From: Candidatus Marinacidobacterales bacterium
GTDB taxonomy: Bacteria; Acidobacteriota; Vicinamibacteria; Marinacidobacterales; SMYC01
Assembly (NCBI GenBank): GCA_965237955.1
Contig: OZ250169.1
Span: 4,864,001 to 4,928,000, forward strand
Length of the DNA stretch: 64,000 bases
Reading direction: 5' to 3'
Shown here: positions 21,141 through 32,647 of the stretch, piece by piece
How positions within the stretch are numbered: position 1 is the first letter of the stretch
How the letters are laid out: every line of letters starts with the position of its first letter
Notes under the pieces: generated by a model
What the model saw: only the letters and a program-made list of their open reading frames with translations
Database searches by the model: none
Told to the model about the DNA's origin: nothing
Translations under genes and position numbers: made by a program

Positions 21141-22513
21141 TGTGCAACCGCCTACATCGGTAACGAAACAGACCGGGCACATAGGTAACAGTTTGCGGTG
21201 TCGTGGATTCTCTTCGAGATCATTTCGGGCCTCGTCTTTTGTATGGCCTCTTGCTTCGTCGTTCGGGAGAAACTAGAAGCCCAAAGGCGCGATATCCACG
21301 GTCCCTGGCGTTTCGAACATCGAGAATCCCGAGAGGGACGGGACCGAAGTGAACCTTCCACCGGTCGTCATCGACTTGCTCGAGACCGACGCGCTCTGAC
21401 TTTAGACAGCTGCTTATGTACCACTGCTTGGACTCAAAAGAGATCATTCCGTTGGGATAGGTTTGAGCGACGTAGAAGTGCTCCGGGTATTCGATTTGCG
21501 GGAGCTGACGAGGGTAGGGGCGGTTCGAGGGCTGATAGCGAGATGCAGGAACCTCCTGACCAAGTGCCTCATGCGGGCGGATTTCGTTGTATTCCTCCCG
21601 GAACCGATCGAATGCCCGTTGCTGTGCTCGAAAGCTCGCTCGGGGCGGTTTAGCCGTCTCTGACTTCAAGGTGCTGTGCATCCGTTCATGTCTTCCGTTT
21701 TGATCGGGTCGGCCGGGCTGAATCCGCTCAGGACGGATTCCGAGACGAATCCACCAAACAGCAAGTCTGGACAGTCCTCCTGGCGCAAGAGTTGAGAACG
21801 GCGCTCCGTTGTCGGTTCGAATCGCGTCCGGCAGACCGTATGCTCGAAATACCGATTCGAATATCTTCCGTGTCGGCTTGAACAATGGCCGGTGAAGACC
21901 CTGACAGGCAAATAAATAGCGACTGCATCCGTCGCTCACGGTCAAGGGGTGACAACGCTCCCCTGCAACCGGAAAATGTCCCTTGAAGTCGGCACACCAC
22001 ACCGCATTGGGGCTCCCGTAGTCGCCCAGACGATCGCCATACGGAGAGCTTCGGCGTATCCGCCGCCGCTTCTGGATGAGCCCATTCTTACGCAGAACCT
22101 CTCCGATCGTGCTCGTCGCCGGCAGCGCGAGCTGCGGATAGTGCCGTTGCAGGATGACACGCAACTTGCGCGGTCCCCAACGCGGGTGTTTCTTCCGGGC
22201 TCTCAGAATCTTTTCCACCACGTCGTCCGCGACAGCGTGAGGATGCGACAAAGGGGCGCGAGAACGCTCTTCCAGACCTGCGACCCCATCCAACTCGTAA
22301 CGTTCGACCCACTTGTAGCCAGTCTTTCGGCTCACCCCAAACCGTTCGCACAGGGCACTGAACGGCTCCCCAGCTTCAAGGCGCGCAGCGATGAATCTCA
22401 CTCGTTCATTCATGCAATTCGTCTCGTCCCACGGCATCGGCCACCTCCCTGGTAAAGGGATTGTCACCCATGTCGCCGGTCTGTTTTGTCACCAATGTAC
22501 CCGGTCCGGACCA
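21141..22513 (-). mobile_element. IS481 family insertion sequence
   Basis: ~50-bp imperfect IRs (21141-21190 and 22462-22513) with doubled internal motifs; exact ends approximate. Confidence 0.8.
21220..22437 (-). CDS. IS481 family transposase
   Basis: MPW...HTH, WCADFKG, RTDNG and QNGRHER DDE core. Confidence 0.9.
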   Translation of the reverse strand: MPWDETNCMNERVRFIAARLEAGEPFSALCERFGVSRKTGYKWVERYELDGVAGLEERSRAPLSHPHAVADDVVEKILRARKKHPRWGPRKLRVILQRHYPQLALPATSTIGEVLRKNGLIQKRRRIRRSSPYGDRLGDYGSPNAVWCADFKGHFPVAGERCHPLTVSDGCSRYLFACQGLHRPLFKPTRKIFESVFRAYGLPDAIRTDNGAPFSTLAPGGLSRLAVWWIRLGIRPERIQPGRPDQNGRHERMHSTLKSETAKPPRASFRAQQRAFDRFREEYNEIRPHEALGQEVPASRYQPSNRPYPRQLPQIEYPEHFYVAQTYPNGMISFESKQWYISSCLKSERVGLEQVDDDRWKVHFGPVPLGILDVRNARDRGYRAFGLLVSPERRSKRPYKRRGPK

Positions 22514-22722
22514 AAAAGGCTTGACAGCTTTCCGGTGACGAAATCGGTCGAGATGACTTCGTCTCGTAGAAGGTCGCTCACGGCGCGCCACGCGCGCTTC
22601 TGCCGCATTCGTCGCGCAGTTTTGAATTTCGTTTCGAATCGATCGCGTTTCGGTCTTCCAATGCCGTCTCTGGGTGCGCAAAAAGCCGGGAGTATAATTC
22701 GTTACTGAGGGAGCGAAAGACA

Positions 22723-23780
22723 ATGATCGAACAATTCAAGAGCTACTTCGTAAAGCTCGAACGTTTGTCTAGCGCCGAGCTCGATCGTTCCGCCGAAAAA
22801 ATGGTTGTGGCTGAGAACGGGAACATCGCCAAGCTCAGCGCTCACATCGCCGAGATGTCGGCTCGGAAGGCCGCACTCGAGCTCGGCTACAAGAATCTGT
22901 TCGACTACTGTGTGCGACGCCTCAACTTGAGTGAGGGCGCAGTGCCCGCACGGATTCATGTGGCCAATGTTTCGCGGCGGTTCCTCCAGCTGCTCGTCGC
23001 GTTTGCTGAAAACCGTATTAGTCTCACCGTCGCGAGTCTCCTGGCAGCTCACGTCTGCGAGGACAACGTCGACAAGCTGATTTCTGATTGCGCCGGGATG
23101 ACGCGCAAGGCGACCGAGGAGTACCTCGTGGCGCTCAGGCCGAAGCCTGTCTTCGAGCCGTCGATCCGCAAACGACCGCAGCCGGCGGCGCCGTCCCCTC
23201 GAGTCGAGGCGCCGGCACCTCGACTCGAAGCATGGCTGAAGAAGAGCCCGCCAATTCTTCAGCCGGCGCGACCCGACGAGTACAACTTCCGGTTTGCCGC
23301 CGACCGGGATTTCAAAGTCAAGTTCGAGCGACTCGCCGAGGTCTTGGGGGTCGAGAATGCTCAGAAGCACATGGCGGAGATTCTCGAGAAGGCCGTCGAC
23401 ATCGCGCTCGAGAAGAAAGACCCTAAAAAAAGCTCGAGCGGCGGCAGAAGCGGGGGAAAGCAAGATCTCGTTCGAACGAGATTGCGCAAAACGACGAGTC
23501 GGCCGTGTCCCGGTACGTAGCCTCCGAGGTTTCGGAGCGTGTGCACGCGTGCGGGGAGTACCAGTGCGAACATTACGCCTCTGACGGGAGGCGATGTCCG
23601 TCACGGACCGGGCTGCAGATCGAGCATGTGCGGCCGTTCGGTATTTTTCACAGTCACGATGAGCGTTTTCTTCGACTTTTGTGCCCAGCGCATAATCGAT
23701 TGGCCGCGGAGCGTGTGTACGGAGCGGATTTCATTCAACGAAAGATCGATGAACGGCGAGGTCGTCAACGACCTTATTGA
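22723..23780 (+). pseudogene. DUF222-like/HNH endonuclease, frameshifted at the A7 tract near 23445
   Basis: LGYKNLFDYCVRRLNLSEG N-terminus; second frame SRYVASEV...QC...C...LQIEH...LCPAHN. Confidence 0.75.
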
Positions 23781-23952
23781 CCGTCGGTCGGGACCAGCCT
23801 CTCGAGCTATTCGAACCAATTCAGCACGACGTTGATATGGCCTGCTGTTGCTTGTCGCTCGGTTGCGCGCGGTACACCTCGCCCATACCGTCGGCGCCGA
23901 TGAGACCGACAATTTCGTACGGTCCCAAGCGTTTACCGGGTTCCAGCGACAT
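23774..23952 (-). pseudogene. Internally deleted Ser/Thr kinase-propeller gene (start joined to end)
   Basis: MSLEPGKRLGPYEIVGLIGADGMGEVYRA followed within ~30 nt by NVVLNWFE*LERLVPTDGQ*. Confidence 0.7.
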
Positions 23953-23965
23953 GAGTGCGACGATC

Positions 23966-24640
23966 TTAAGCGGTTACCAGCGGTCGTAGCCAGTTAGCGA
24001 TATCTTGGACTTCTTCGGGGGCCACGCTGTGGGGCATCGGGTACGAGTGCCATTCGGGGTCGTAGCCGTTGGCCCGTAGTTTTTCGATCGTACCCTCGGC
24101 CAGGTGAATGGGCACCACGGGATCCATTGTTCCGTGGGCCATGAAGATTGGAACGCTTCGGTTCGCTTCGGAGGCGCGCGTTTCGATGAGCTCTCCCATC
24201 GGGTGGTAGCACGACAACGCCATGATGCCGCCTAACGTCTCGCCGCATTGCAATCCCGCGTAGAGTACGATGGCGCCGCCTTGGGAGAAACCGGCGAGCA
24301 CGATCTTCTCCGACGGGATGCCGAGCTCGCGCTCGTGGGCGATCCACGCTTCGAGCTGCTCTCGTGACTCCTCGAGGTGTTCGGCTTCGACGTGGCGATC
24401 GAGGTCCATGCTCTTGATGTCGTACCAGGCGCGCATGGTCATTCCGCCGTTGATGGTGACGGGCCTCATCGGGGCGTGCGGGAAGACGAAGCGAACGCCG
24501 GCATCCATGGGGATGCCGAGGGCGGGCACCATGGGAGGGAAGTCGTTACCATCGGCGCCGAGGCCGTGGAGCCAGATGACGGATGCTTGCGGCGTACCGT
24601 CGGGTTGGATTTCAACGGCGTCGAGAAGTTCGCGACTCAT
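23966..24640 (-). CDS. Carboxylesterase (phospholipase/carboxylesterase family)
   Basis: WLHGLGADG, GFSQGG, HGTMDPVV and MPHSV motifs. Confidence 0.9.
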   Translation of the reverse strand: MSRELLDAVEIQPDGTPQASVIWLHGLGADGNDFPPMVPALGIPMDAGVRFVFPHAPMRPVTINGGMTMRAWYDIKSMDLDRHVEAEHLEESREQLEAWIAHERELGIPSEKIVLAGFSQGGAIVLYAGLQCGETLGGIMALSCYHPMGELIETRASEANRSVPIFMAHGTMDPVVPIHLAEGTIEKLRANGYDPEWHSYPMPHSVAPEEVQDIANWLRPLVTA

Positions 24641-27600
24641 ATCTGCAGAGGATCTTCCATCAGGACAGCCGAGAGCTTGTCCAGAAAGAACTCGGCGTTG
24701 GACTTCGTGAATACGAGCGGTGGTTTGAGCTTGATGACGTTTTCGAGCGGGCCGTCGGTGCTGTTGAGAACGCCTTCCTCTTTCATGCGGTTGACGAGAT
24801 AGGTCGCTTGGTCGGCCGCTGGGGTGAGGCGTTCATCTTTGACGAGCTCGAAGCCGAGGAAAAGTCCACGGCCGCGCACGTCGCCGATAATCGGGTGCTG
24901 TGTCTTCAGCACGCGTAGGCCGTTCAGCAGGTACTCTCCCATCGTGGCAGCTTTTTCTTGGAGCCCCTCGTTTTCGATTACGTCGAGGACGGCGAGACCG
25001 ATGGCACACGAAACCGGGTTGCCTCCGAAAGTGTTGAAGTACTCCATCCCGGTTTGAAACGACTCGGCGATGTCGCGTGTGGTGACGACCGCGGCGAGCG
25101 GATGGCCGTTTCCGATGGGCTTTCCCAGGGTCACGATATCGGGGACGGCGTTTTGGGTCTCGAACGCCCAAAAATGCGAGCCCACGCGCCCGAAACCGAC
25201 TTGCACTTCGTCGGCGATGCAGACGCCGCCCGCGCCGCGAACGATGCGGTACACCTCCTCGAGATACCGGGGAGGTAGTACGATTTGTCCACCGCAGCTC
25301 AGGATCGATTCGGCGATGAACGTTCCTATCGGGCCTATCGGGCGCTCGACGGCCTGCTGAACGTCCTTGATGTACTTCGTGCCGTAGTCGGGGTCCGACG
25401 CGCGGAACTTGCCGCGATAGCCGTCGGGCATTGGGAGCTTGTGAACGTGGGGCGGGGCGCCGCGGCCGCCGTGTCCATCGAACTTGTACGGGCTTATCTC
25501 GATGAGTGACGACAGGTTTCCGTGGTAGGCGCCGTCGAGCACGAGGGTGTCGTTTCGTCCGGTGTGGATGCGCGCGAGGCGGAGCGCGAGATCGTTCGCC
25601 TCGCTTCCGGAGTTCACGAAAAAGCACACTTCGAGGGGATCCGGTAGTTTCGCGGTCAGCCGTTCGGCGTAGTCGACGATATTCCGGTGGAGATAGCGGG
25701 TGTTGGTATTGAGGACGGCTAGCTGCTCGCGCGCGGCGCGCACGACGCGGGGGTGGCAGTGGCCGACGTGGCAAACATTATTTACCATGTCGAGGTACGG
25801 CCTGGCCTCGGTGTCGTAGAGAAACGATCGGTAGCCACGGACGATGTGGAGCGGTTCGCTGTACGAAAGGCTGAGCGTTCCCGATAAGTGGTCTTTGCGT
25901 TGGGTCCGTATTCTCTCGCTCGCGTGCTCCGGAACGACCTCGACCTGCTCAGTCGAGGCGACGCCGGCAAGCCGCGACGGATCCGGACAAAGCCCCAGCC
26001 AGAGACTTCGCTCCGAAGGTGGAACGACGCCGGGGAAGTCGCCTTCTTTGTCCAGCATGTCGAGGATGATTTGAAAATGCACATGCGGGGGCCAATTCCC
26101 GTTCACGGGATAGTCGCCGACGGTCGCGACGACGTCGCCCTGCTCGAACACTTTCCCCACGTTGAGGCCTTCGAGAGAACGTGTGGACAAATGCCCGTAA
26201 AGGGTCCAGAACCGGTCACCCTCTTCAGTCGCGTGCTCGAGAATCATCGTGGGGCCGTAGTCGAGCGGGGCATCGTTCACTTGGAAGCTGTGCACGATCC
26301 CTTTGAGCGGCGCGCGGAGCGGGGTGCCGGCCTCGACGAACAGATCCAACCCGACGTGCACCGTGCGCGGGTTGAAGCTCTCGCCTTTTTTCGGTTGGAA
26401 CGCTTCGCTCGTGTAGAGCGAGCGCGCTTCGTTGTAGCGCCCGATCCCTACCGTGGCTCCCGCGGTCTTTATTGTCCCGAACACGTGAGCGGTGAACCGC
26501 TCGACATCATCCAATACGTCGAGGCCGCCGAGCTCGGTGCTGCCGACGCTGAGATCGAGCGAATGCACCGATGTTTCGTCGAGCTCCAACGGAAGCACGG
26601 TCGATTGCTGTTGCCCGAGCCACTCGGCGATGGCATCGCCCCGCGGGTGCGGTGTCCGCCCGCACACATCTCGAAAGCGGTAGTGCGCGAACCGCGGGCA
26701 CTCGTTCGCGAGCTGGGCGATGAGCTTCCACGCAGACGCCTGACTGACGCGCAGATAGTCCTTGTCGGGCTCGTCCTTCGTTTGCCGAGCGGCCACGGCC
26801 ACACTCATCGCGAGCCGGATGCGGATCGACGGGAACAGCACCGCGAGCTCATCGTCGGTGAGCGGGCGCACTTCGTGATAGCCGGTGACGACATCGACGG
26901 CAACACCGATCGGCTTGGATTTGTCGAGCATGCAGTACGCCGCCGCGTTGGCGAGCTCGAACACGAGAGCGCTCGAGACCATGTCGCCGAAGTCGACAAC
27001 GCCCGCGATCTCGCCGCCGCCCTTGAGATCGACGAGAATGTTGTAGTCGTTGCCGTCGTTGTGGATGACGCCTGCCGGTAAAGTGTCGAGCCGGGGCGCG
27101 ACATCGCTTTCGAACGCGGCCAAGATGTCCGCGACCTGTTGTCGATCGTCATCTGCGATGAGCTCGATGCCGTCCCCAATCGTTTTGACCGCGTGCTTCG
27201 AGTCCCAATAAAGGTACCGGCCCTGAGCTTTGTGCGAGAAACCTTCGAGCGCGACGTCGAGCCGCGCCAGGGCGCGGCCCAGCGATCGGAGCAGGTGGGT
27301 TGAGTGTGGCTTCGTCTTTGCGAGCGGCTTCGCGTCCAGATAGCTCAGAAGCCGGCACAGATGACCGCTCTCGAGATCAGCAATCGCGCCGCCCGCGCGC
27401 GTTTTTCGTAGTCGGGGGATAGGGAGATCGGGGTCTCGATCGGCCACGTGCTGAAGCGCCTCGTTCTGAAATTCCAGAATCTCGCGCGATTCGGATACGT
27501 TCGCGATCTTGAGAACGAGCCGTTCCCGTGGCGTAGTGACGAGAAAGTTCTGATCGCGCTCACTCGGAAGCTCTGTGAGCTCGCTCGCGTCGATGTCGTA

Positions 27601-27663
27601 CGTATCGCGCAGGATCTTCTTCGCGTGACTCACGTCGATTCGAGGCCGTGTCGTCTTCAACAC
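24637..27663 (-). CDS. Aminoglycoside-phosphotransferase-like kinase + M23 domain + class III PLP aminotransferase (phospho-lyase) fusion
   Basis: IHND..DYN/DFGD; HVGLD, YGH and PPHVHFQ; [15 protein letters not shown] and LGKPIGNG. Confidence 0.9.
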   Translation of the reverse strand: MLKTTRPRIDVSHAKKILRDTYDIDASELTELPSERDQNFLVTTPRERLVLKIANVSESREILEFQNEALQHVADRDPDLPIPRLRKTRAGGAIADLESGHLCRLLSYLDAKPLAKTKPHSTHLLRSLGRALARLDVALEGFSHKAQGRYLYWDSKHAVKTIGDGIELIADDDRQQVADILAAFESDVAPRLDTLPAGVIHNDGNDYNILVDLKGGGEIAGVVDFGDMVSSALVFELANAAAYCMLDKSKPIGVAVDVVTGYHEVRPLTDDELAVLFPSIRIRLAMSVAVAARQTKDEPDKDYLRVSQASAWKLIAQLANECPRFAHYRFRDVCGRTPHPRGDAIAEWLGQQQSTVLPLELDETSVHSLDLSVGSTELGGLDVLDDVERFTAHVFGTIKTAGATVGIGRYNEARSLYTSEAFQPKKGESFNPRTVHVGLDLFVEAGTPLRAPLKGIVHSFQVNDAPLDYGPTMILEHATEEGDRFWTLYGHLSTRSLEGLNVGKVFEQGDVVATVGDYPVNGNWPPHVHFQIILDMLDKEGDFPGVVPPSERSLWLGLCPDPSRLAGVASTEQVEVVPEHASERIRTQRKDHLSGTLSLSYSEPLHIVRGYRSFLYDTEARPYLDMVNNVCHVGHCHPRVVRAAREQLAVLNTNTRYLHRNIVDYAERLTAKLPDPLEVCFFVNSGSEANDLALRLARIHTGRNDTLVLDGAYHGNLSSLIEISPYKFDGHGGRGAPPHVHKLPMPDGYRGKFRASDPDYGTKYIKDVQQAVERPIGPIGTFIAESILSCGGQIVLPPRYLEEVYRIVRGAGGVCIADEVQVGFGRVGSHFWAFETQNAVPDIVTLGKPIGNGHPLAAVVTTRDIAESFQTGMEYFNTFGGNPVSCAIGLAVLDVIENEGLQEKAATMGEYLLNGLRVLKTQHPIIGDVRGRGLFLGFELVKDERLTPAADQATYLVNRMKEEGVLNSTDGPLENVIKLKPPLVFTKSNAEFFLDKLSAVLMEDPLQI

Positions 27664-27673
27664 GGCCGCGATT

Positions 27674-29119
27674 CTACCTCACGAGCTTTCTGAGCCAGCG
27701 GAGCTTCCCCGAATACGGTGGATAGCGAAGAGGAGGATCGAAGATCGTCGCGCCTTCGACGACGGATTTGCGATGCGAGAAGCGCTCGAAGCCGTACCGC
27801 CCGTGGTAGCTCCCCACGCCGCTCGGCCCGCGGCCACCGAAGGGAAGCTCGGGGTTCGAGAAGTGCGCCAGCGCATCGTTGACAGCGCCGCCTCCGAAGG
27901 GAATCTCGGCTAAAACGCGCTCCTGGTGTGCTCGGTCTTTCGAGAAGAAGTAGAGCGCGAGCGGATCCGGATGGCGTCTCGTTAGCTCGATCGCCTCGTC
28001 GAGGCCGTCGTAGGGAACGATGGGAAGCACCGGTCCGAAAATCTCCTCGCTCAACGCTTTCGCGTCGGGCGGGAGCTCGTCGAGAATCGTGGGAGCTATG
28101 TAGCGCTCGTCGCGATCGGACTCGCCGCCGAACACGACGCGGCCTTCGTCGAGGTAGCCGGTGATGCGGTCGAAGTGATGGTGATTGATGATGCGCGCAA
28201 AGTCCGGGCTCTCATTCGGGGAGTCACCGAAAAAGCGCTGGACGTTCGCTTGAATTCGGGACACGAGCTCGTCTTTGAGCCGGGTCGGCACCAACACGTA
28301 GTCGGGCGCGAGGCAGGTCTGGCCGGCGTTGAAGAACTTGCCCCACGCGATCCGACGTGCAGTCACTTTCATATTGATTTTTTCATCGACGATCGCTGGA
28401 TTCTTGCCACCAAGCTCGAGCGTGACCGGAGTGAGATGCTCCACGGCCGCACGGGCCACGATCTTCCCCGTGGATGCGCCGCCGGTGAAGAAGATGTGAT
28501 CGAAGCGCTCTTTCAGGAGCGCTTCCGCGGTCGCGACTCCGCCGGTCGCGGTGCTAACGAGCTCGGTCTCGAAGTATCTTGGGATGAGCTCGGACACCAG
28601 CGTCGACGTGGCGACGGCCCACTCCGACGGCTTGACGAGCGCGCAGTTGCCGGCGCTCAAGGCACCGACGAGTGGCGCCATGACGAGCTGGAATGGATAG
28701 TTCCACGGAGCGATGATGAGGGCGACCCCCATCGGCTCGTGGCGGATCGAGCTGGTCGCGGGGAAGAACGTCAACGGTGTCCCGACGTGCTCGGGCTCCA
28801 TCCACTCTTCGAGATGGTTCAGCGCGTAGCTCACCTCCGAGCGGACGAAACCGGTTTCCGAAGCGAACGCCTCGAACCGCGGCTTTCCCAGGTCGAGAGC
28901 GAGAGCGTCGTGGATGCGGGACTCGTTCGCGTTGACGAGCCCCCTGAGGCTTTCGAGCTGCTTGCGCCGGAAATCGTAAGAGCGCGTTGCGCCGGAGCGA
29001 AAGAAACGTCTCTGCGCCTCGACGAGCGGGGCGAAATCGAGCTTTTTGGGATTCTCGACGGGCTCGTTGTTGATCCGGGTCGCGTCTTGTTCAGGTCTCG
29101 GCTCCGCCCTCGCTGCCAT
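27674..29119 (-). CDS. Aldehyde dehydrogenase (ALDH3-like)
   Basis: PWNYP, LELGGKNP, NAGQTC and EEIFGP motifs. Confidence 0.92.
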   Translation of the reverse strand: MAARAEPRPEQDATRINNEPVENPKKLDFAPLVEAQRRFFRSGATRSYDFRRKQLESLRGLVNANESRIHDALALDLGKPRFEAFASETGFVRSEVSYALNHLEEWMEPEHVGTPLTFFPATSSIRHEPMGVALIIAPWNYPFQLVMAPLVGALSAGNCALVKPSEWAVATSTLVSELIPRYFETELVSTATGGVATAEALLKERFDHIFFTGGASTGKIVARAAVEHLTPVTLELGGKNPAIVDEKINMKVTARRIAWGKFFNAGQTCLAPDYVLVPTRLKDELVSRIQANVQRFFGDSPNESPDFARIINHHHFDRITGYLDEGRVVFGGESDRDERYIAPTILDELPPDAKALSEEIFGPVLPIVPYDGLDEAIELTRRHPDPLALYFFSKDRAHQERVLAEIPFGGGAVNDALAHFSNPELPFGGRGPSGVGSYHGRYGFERFSHRKSVVEGATIFDPPLRYPPYSGKLRWLRKLVR

Positions 29120-29129
29120 TCTCGGAAGC

Positions 29130-29870
29130 TTACTCGATCTCGACTTCGGCTATCAGCGGGAGATGATCGGAGGCGCGTTTCGCGAGGCGCAATCGCGCGC
29201 GGTACACGTGGGTGAGGCGGATGTCGCCATGCACGTAGATCGAGTCCAGTGCTCGGAGCGGCCCCCAGGCGGGAAACGTGCGGATGGGGCGATCGGGCCC
29301 GGTGAACCCCGCCGGCGTCAGGAGCTTCTTTCCGAGCGTTCCCCAAATATCATTGAAGTCGCCCGCGACGATGATGGGAGTGCGATGATGCAGGCCCACG
29401 AACGGGTGGCTTTCGAGAAACTTCCGCAGCTGGATCTTCCGCTCGATGCCCGAGAGCCCGAGGTGGATGTTATAGATGTGCAAGGTGCGGGTGTGTTTTC
29501 CCAGCGCGCCGTTGAGACGAATGCGGTAGCGGCCGTGGAGAATGCTGCGCCTTTTCTTGGGCGGCACGGTAACGTCGATATTCGACGTTTCGGTCAGAGG
29601 AAAGCGACTCAAGATCGCGTTCCCGTACTCGCCGCCGGTGCGCACTTTGACGTTCGGGAAATAGCTGCGATGGCGAAAGCCGAGGAAGTCGCCCAGCAGA
29701 TCGACCTGCCGGTCCGTGTTGGTGCGGCGCGCGTGCTGGTCGACTTCCTGCAGCATCACCACATCAGGATCGTAGCGGGCGATGACGTGCGCGACTCTTA
29801 GTGGGTCGTAGCGACGGTCGACGCCGCCGATGCACTTGTGGATGTTGTAGGTAAGAAATCTCAGGCGCAC
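29130..29870 (-). CDS. Endonuclease/exonuclease/phosphatase family protein
   Basis: TYNIHK, LQEVD, GDFN and SDHLP motifs; GTG start assumed. Confidence 0.88.
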   Translation of the reverse strand: MRLRFLTYNIHKCIGGVDRRYDPLRVAHVIARYDPDVVMLQEVDQHARRTNTDRQVDLLGDFLGFRHRSYFPNVKVRTGGEYGNAILSRFPLTETSNIDVTVPPKKRRSILHGRYRIRLNGALGKHTRTLHIYNIHLGLSGIERKIQLRKFLESHPFVGLHHRTPIIVAGDFNDIWGTLGKKLLTPAGFTGPDRPIRTFPAWGPLRALDSIYVHGDIRLTHVYRARLRLAKRASDHLPLIAEVEIE

Positions 29871-30066
29871 GTTAGTTGAACAGTTCGAAGCAGTTATCCA
29901 TGATAACACGCTGTTTCACCCGCAGCCGTGCCACGCTGAAATGCCAGGAGTGTCGAGAGAAAGTTAAAAGCTGCGACGTACTCTGGTATGATTTGCGCCA
30001 GATCTGGAGAGGGCATCTTGTCAGGGCCCGGGCTCGAGGTCCTCGCGAACATCACGGAGCCCCATC

Positions 30067-31272
30067 ATGGCGCTATCCGGGAATACGAGGGAATTTTCCC
30101 TCGCGGATTTGATCGTCGTCAAAGCACAAGATCCGCGAAACCATCGCTTGACGTTGAGTGGGCCGGCGGGTGACGGTTTGCTTCTGATCGAATCCGGGCG
30201 CATCGTGCACGCGGCCTACGGTGAGCTTCCACCGCTCGACGCGGCGCATGTGCTCGTCACCGAGCAGAACGTCGACTTCGAAGTCGAGGCGGATGCCGAG
30301 ATTCCAGGTCACACGCTCGACCTCGGCGCGCAAGAGCTTCTCATCGAAGCGATGCGGCGTCTCGACGAAGGGATTCTGCGCCGCCCCCGACAAGCGTCCA
30401 TCGAGCTTGCGGCGTCGGGCGCGCGACGCAAGCCGCCGCGGCCACGAAGCCACGAATCCAAGAAGAGTCCTGAAGCCGAAGCACTGAGGCGAGCAACCGG
30501 ACGTATTTTGTTCGCCGATCCAGAGGCCGCGGAAACACAAGAGGGGAGCAAGGCGCTGAAGGCGCTCGCTGTGATCCTCGGTATCGTGCTTCTCGTGGCG
30601 GGCACGATCTTCGGGTGGCGCAGTGGCTGGTTCGCCGGGCAAGAGCACCGCGATTCGGTCGAGGTGACGGATCTCACTGGACCACGAGACGTGATCCCAA
30701 CGCTCTTGTCGGGCGCGCCCGCGACAGCGCCCGAGAACGATGCGGCGTTCCTCCCGACGGTCTTGTGCCGGGTTCTCGTCGATACCCGTGGCCTCGTGCG
30801 CGAGGCGTTGGTCTACCAGCACCGCTCAGGTCTCGACGCGTTCGAGGAGGTCGCGCTCGAGACCGCCAGAAACTATCGATTCACTCCCGGCCGGCGAGAA
30901 GGCGTTCTCGTGCCAGTGTGGGTCGTGTGGCCCGTCGACTTTATTCGTACGACGCACGTAAGCGATCCGCGGCCGGTCGACGCCAGGTACTTCAAGGACC
31001 AGCGACCGGGAGATAGTCTTCCCACGCTAGTCACAGGAGAGTCTCCCGAGGCGCCGCTTCCGGAAAGAGGTCTTCGTCCCCGGATTGCGTTCCGCCTCCT
31101 GGTGGACGAGACGGGAAGCGTCGTCGACGCCAAGGTCGTGACGCCAAGCCCTGATCTCGAGCTCTACGAGCGCATCGCGCTCGATACGGTTCGAGGCTAT
31201 CGATTCACTCCCGGTGAGCGCGAAGGCGTCAACGTTCCCGCCTGGCTCGACTGGATGGTCGAGTTCCAATAG
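30067..31272 (+). CDS. DUF4388 + TM + two TonB C-terminal-like domains
   Basis: MALSGNTREFSLADL N-terminus; twice VD..G.V...YRFTPG.REGV.VP.W. Confidence 0.75.
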   Translation: MALSGNTREFSLADLIVVKAQDPRNHRLTLSGPAGDGLLLIESGRIVHAAYGELPPLDAAHVLVTEQNVDFEVEADAEIPGHTLDLGAQELLIEAMRRLDEGILRRPRQASIELAASGARRKPPRPRSHESKKSPEAEALRRATGRILFADPEAAETQEGSKALKALAVILGIVLLVAGTIFGWRSGWFAGQEHRDSVEVTDLTGPRDVIPTLLSGAPATAPENDAAFLPTVLCRVLVDTRGLVREALVYQHRSGLDAFEEVALETARNYRFTPGRREGVLVPVWVVWPVDFIRTTHVSDPRPVDARYFKDQRPGDSLPTLVTGESPEAPLPERGLRPRIAFRLLVDETGSVVDAKVVTPSPDLELYERIALDTVRGYRFTPGEREGVNVPAWLDWMVEFQ

Positions 31273-31276
31273 CGCG

Positions 31277-32647
31277 ATGCGCGTGCGGCGATATCTCGCA
31301 GGTATCGTCGTCGCGCTCGCATTGTCACCGCAGGCTAGTCCCCTGGAACAGAGGTTCGTAGCCTAAAGCTCGACGCCATTTTGTGGGCTGGCGAGGCGTG
31401 ACGACGAAGTCATATTGGAATATTTCGAGGAGGAACAACGAAGCCAGCGCGCAAAAAGGGCCCAAGATTTAGGCTACGAACCTCTGTTCCAGGGGACTAG
31501 CGGCGGAGAGGACATTCGCCTGCGAGGCTCGGCGAGCGCGGCGGACGCGTTGCGCTCCGTGCTGAGCGACGGTTTCACCGCTCGCTTCGGAGACGTCGAG
31601 CTGTTGTGGGACTCGGCGGGGTCCGGGTCCGCTTTCGTGGCTCTTTTCTCGGGAGACGCTGATGTTGGCGTGGTCTCGCGGAGTGTTCGCGCCGAGGAAG
31701 TGAATCTCGCGAGCCGGCTCGGACTCGAGCTCAGGGAGAGCATCCTCGCGCTCGATGGCCTCGCGGTCATCGTTCATCCTCGAAACGACGTGGAGAGCTT
31801 GTCCGTCGAGCAGCTCGAGTCGCTCTACACCGGGCGCATCGTGCGGTGGTTGGGTTTCGGCGGGATCGATGAAGTGGTGCAACTTCTGATCGCGGCGGAA
31901 TGGAGTGGAGCCCAAACGGAGTTTTGCGAGCTCGTGTTCCACGATCCAACCTTTCAGTTTGCATCGAGCGCCGAATATCTGATGTCGAGCGCCGAGATTC
32001 TCGAACAAGTCGCCTCCGATCGGGGCGCGGTCGGCTTCGTGAGCATGAGCTACGACCGCTCGCGCGTACGAACGGTTCCGATCGTCGCAGCTTCGGGAGA
32101 GGCTCTTCGCCCGAGCGCCGTCACCGTCGGCGACGGGACCTACCCGCTCCGCTATCCGCTCAGGCTCTACACCGTCGGCGATCCCGACGACGAGCTGGGC
32201 CACTTCCTGAGGTTTCTGTATTTTCACGGCGGCCCCGCTCTCGTCGCCGACGCGGGGCTCGTACCCGTGCAAGCGTTCGCTACCATGACTCGATCCGCGG
32301 CGCGAGCTCGCCCCCGCGCCCAAGTTTCACTGACACGGGTCGGCTTCGGTTTCCGCGCGAGTCGGCTGGACGCTGACGCGCAACGAGATTTGACCGACGT
32401 GGCGAGCCGTCTCACGGGAAGCGATGAAGGCCTTTGGATCACGGGCCACGAGGAGCCGAGAGAAGCTCGCGACGAGCTCGCCGCGGCTCGCGCCCGCACC
32501 GTCGCCGAGTTCTTGGAACAACAAAACGTCGACCCGTCTCGGATGACGGTCGACAGTCGAGGTAGCTCTGAGCCCCTCGCCTCGAATGTCGAGCTCGAAG
32601 GCCGCCGGTCGAATCGGCGCGTGGACGTCTGGATCCTGCCGCATTGA
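31277..32647 (+). pseudogene. PstS-like phosphate-binding protein fused to an OmpA domain, interrupted by a MITE after the signal peptide
   Basis: MRVRRYLAGIVVALALSPQA|MITE|SGGEDIRLRGS...AGSG...DGLAVIVHP...YPL; C-terminal RGSSEPLASN...NRRVDV; removing the MITE restores the frame. Confidence 0.85.
31335..31500. mobile_element. 158-bp MITE with 29-bp perfect TIRs and CTAG duplication (copy 1)
   Basis: CTAG-TCCCCTGGAACAGAGGTTCGTAGCCTAAA...TTTAGGCTACGAACCTCTGTTCCAGGGGA-CTAG; second copy at 61539. Confidence 0.9.

Noticed and set aside
31415-31500. Predicted start of the PstS-OmpA ORF at 31415
   Set aside because: These codons are MITE sequence; the real start with signal peptide is at 31277
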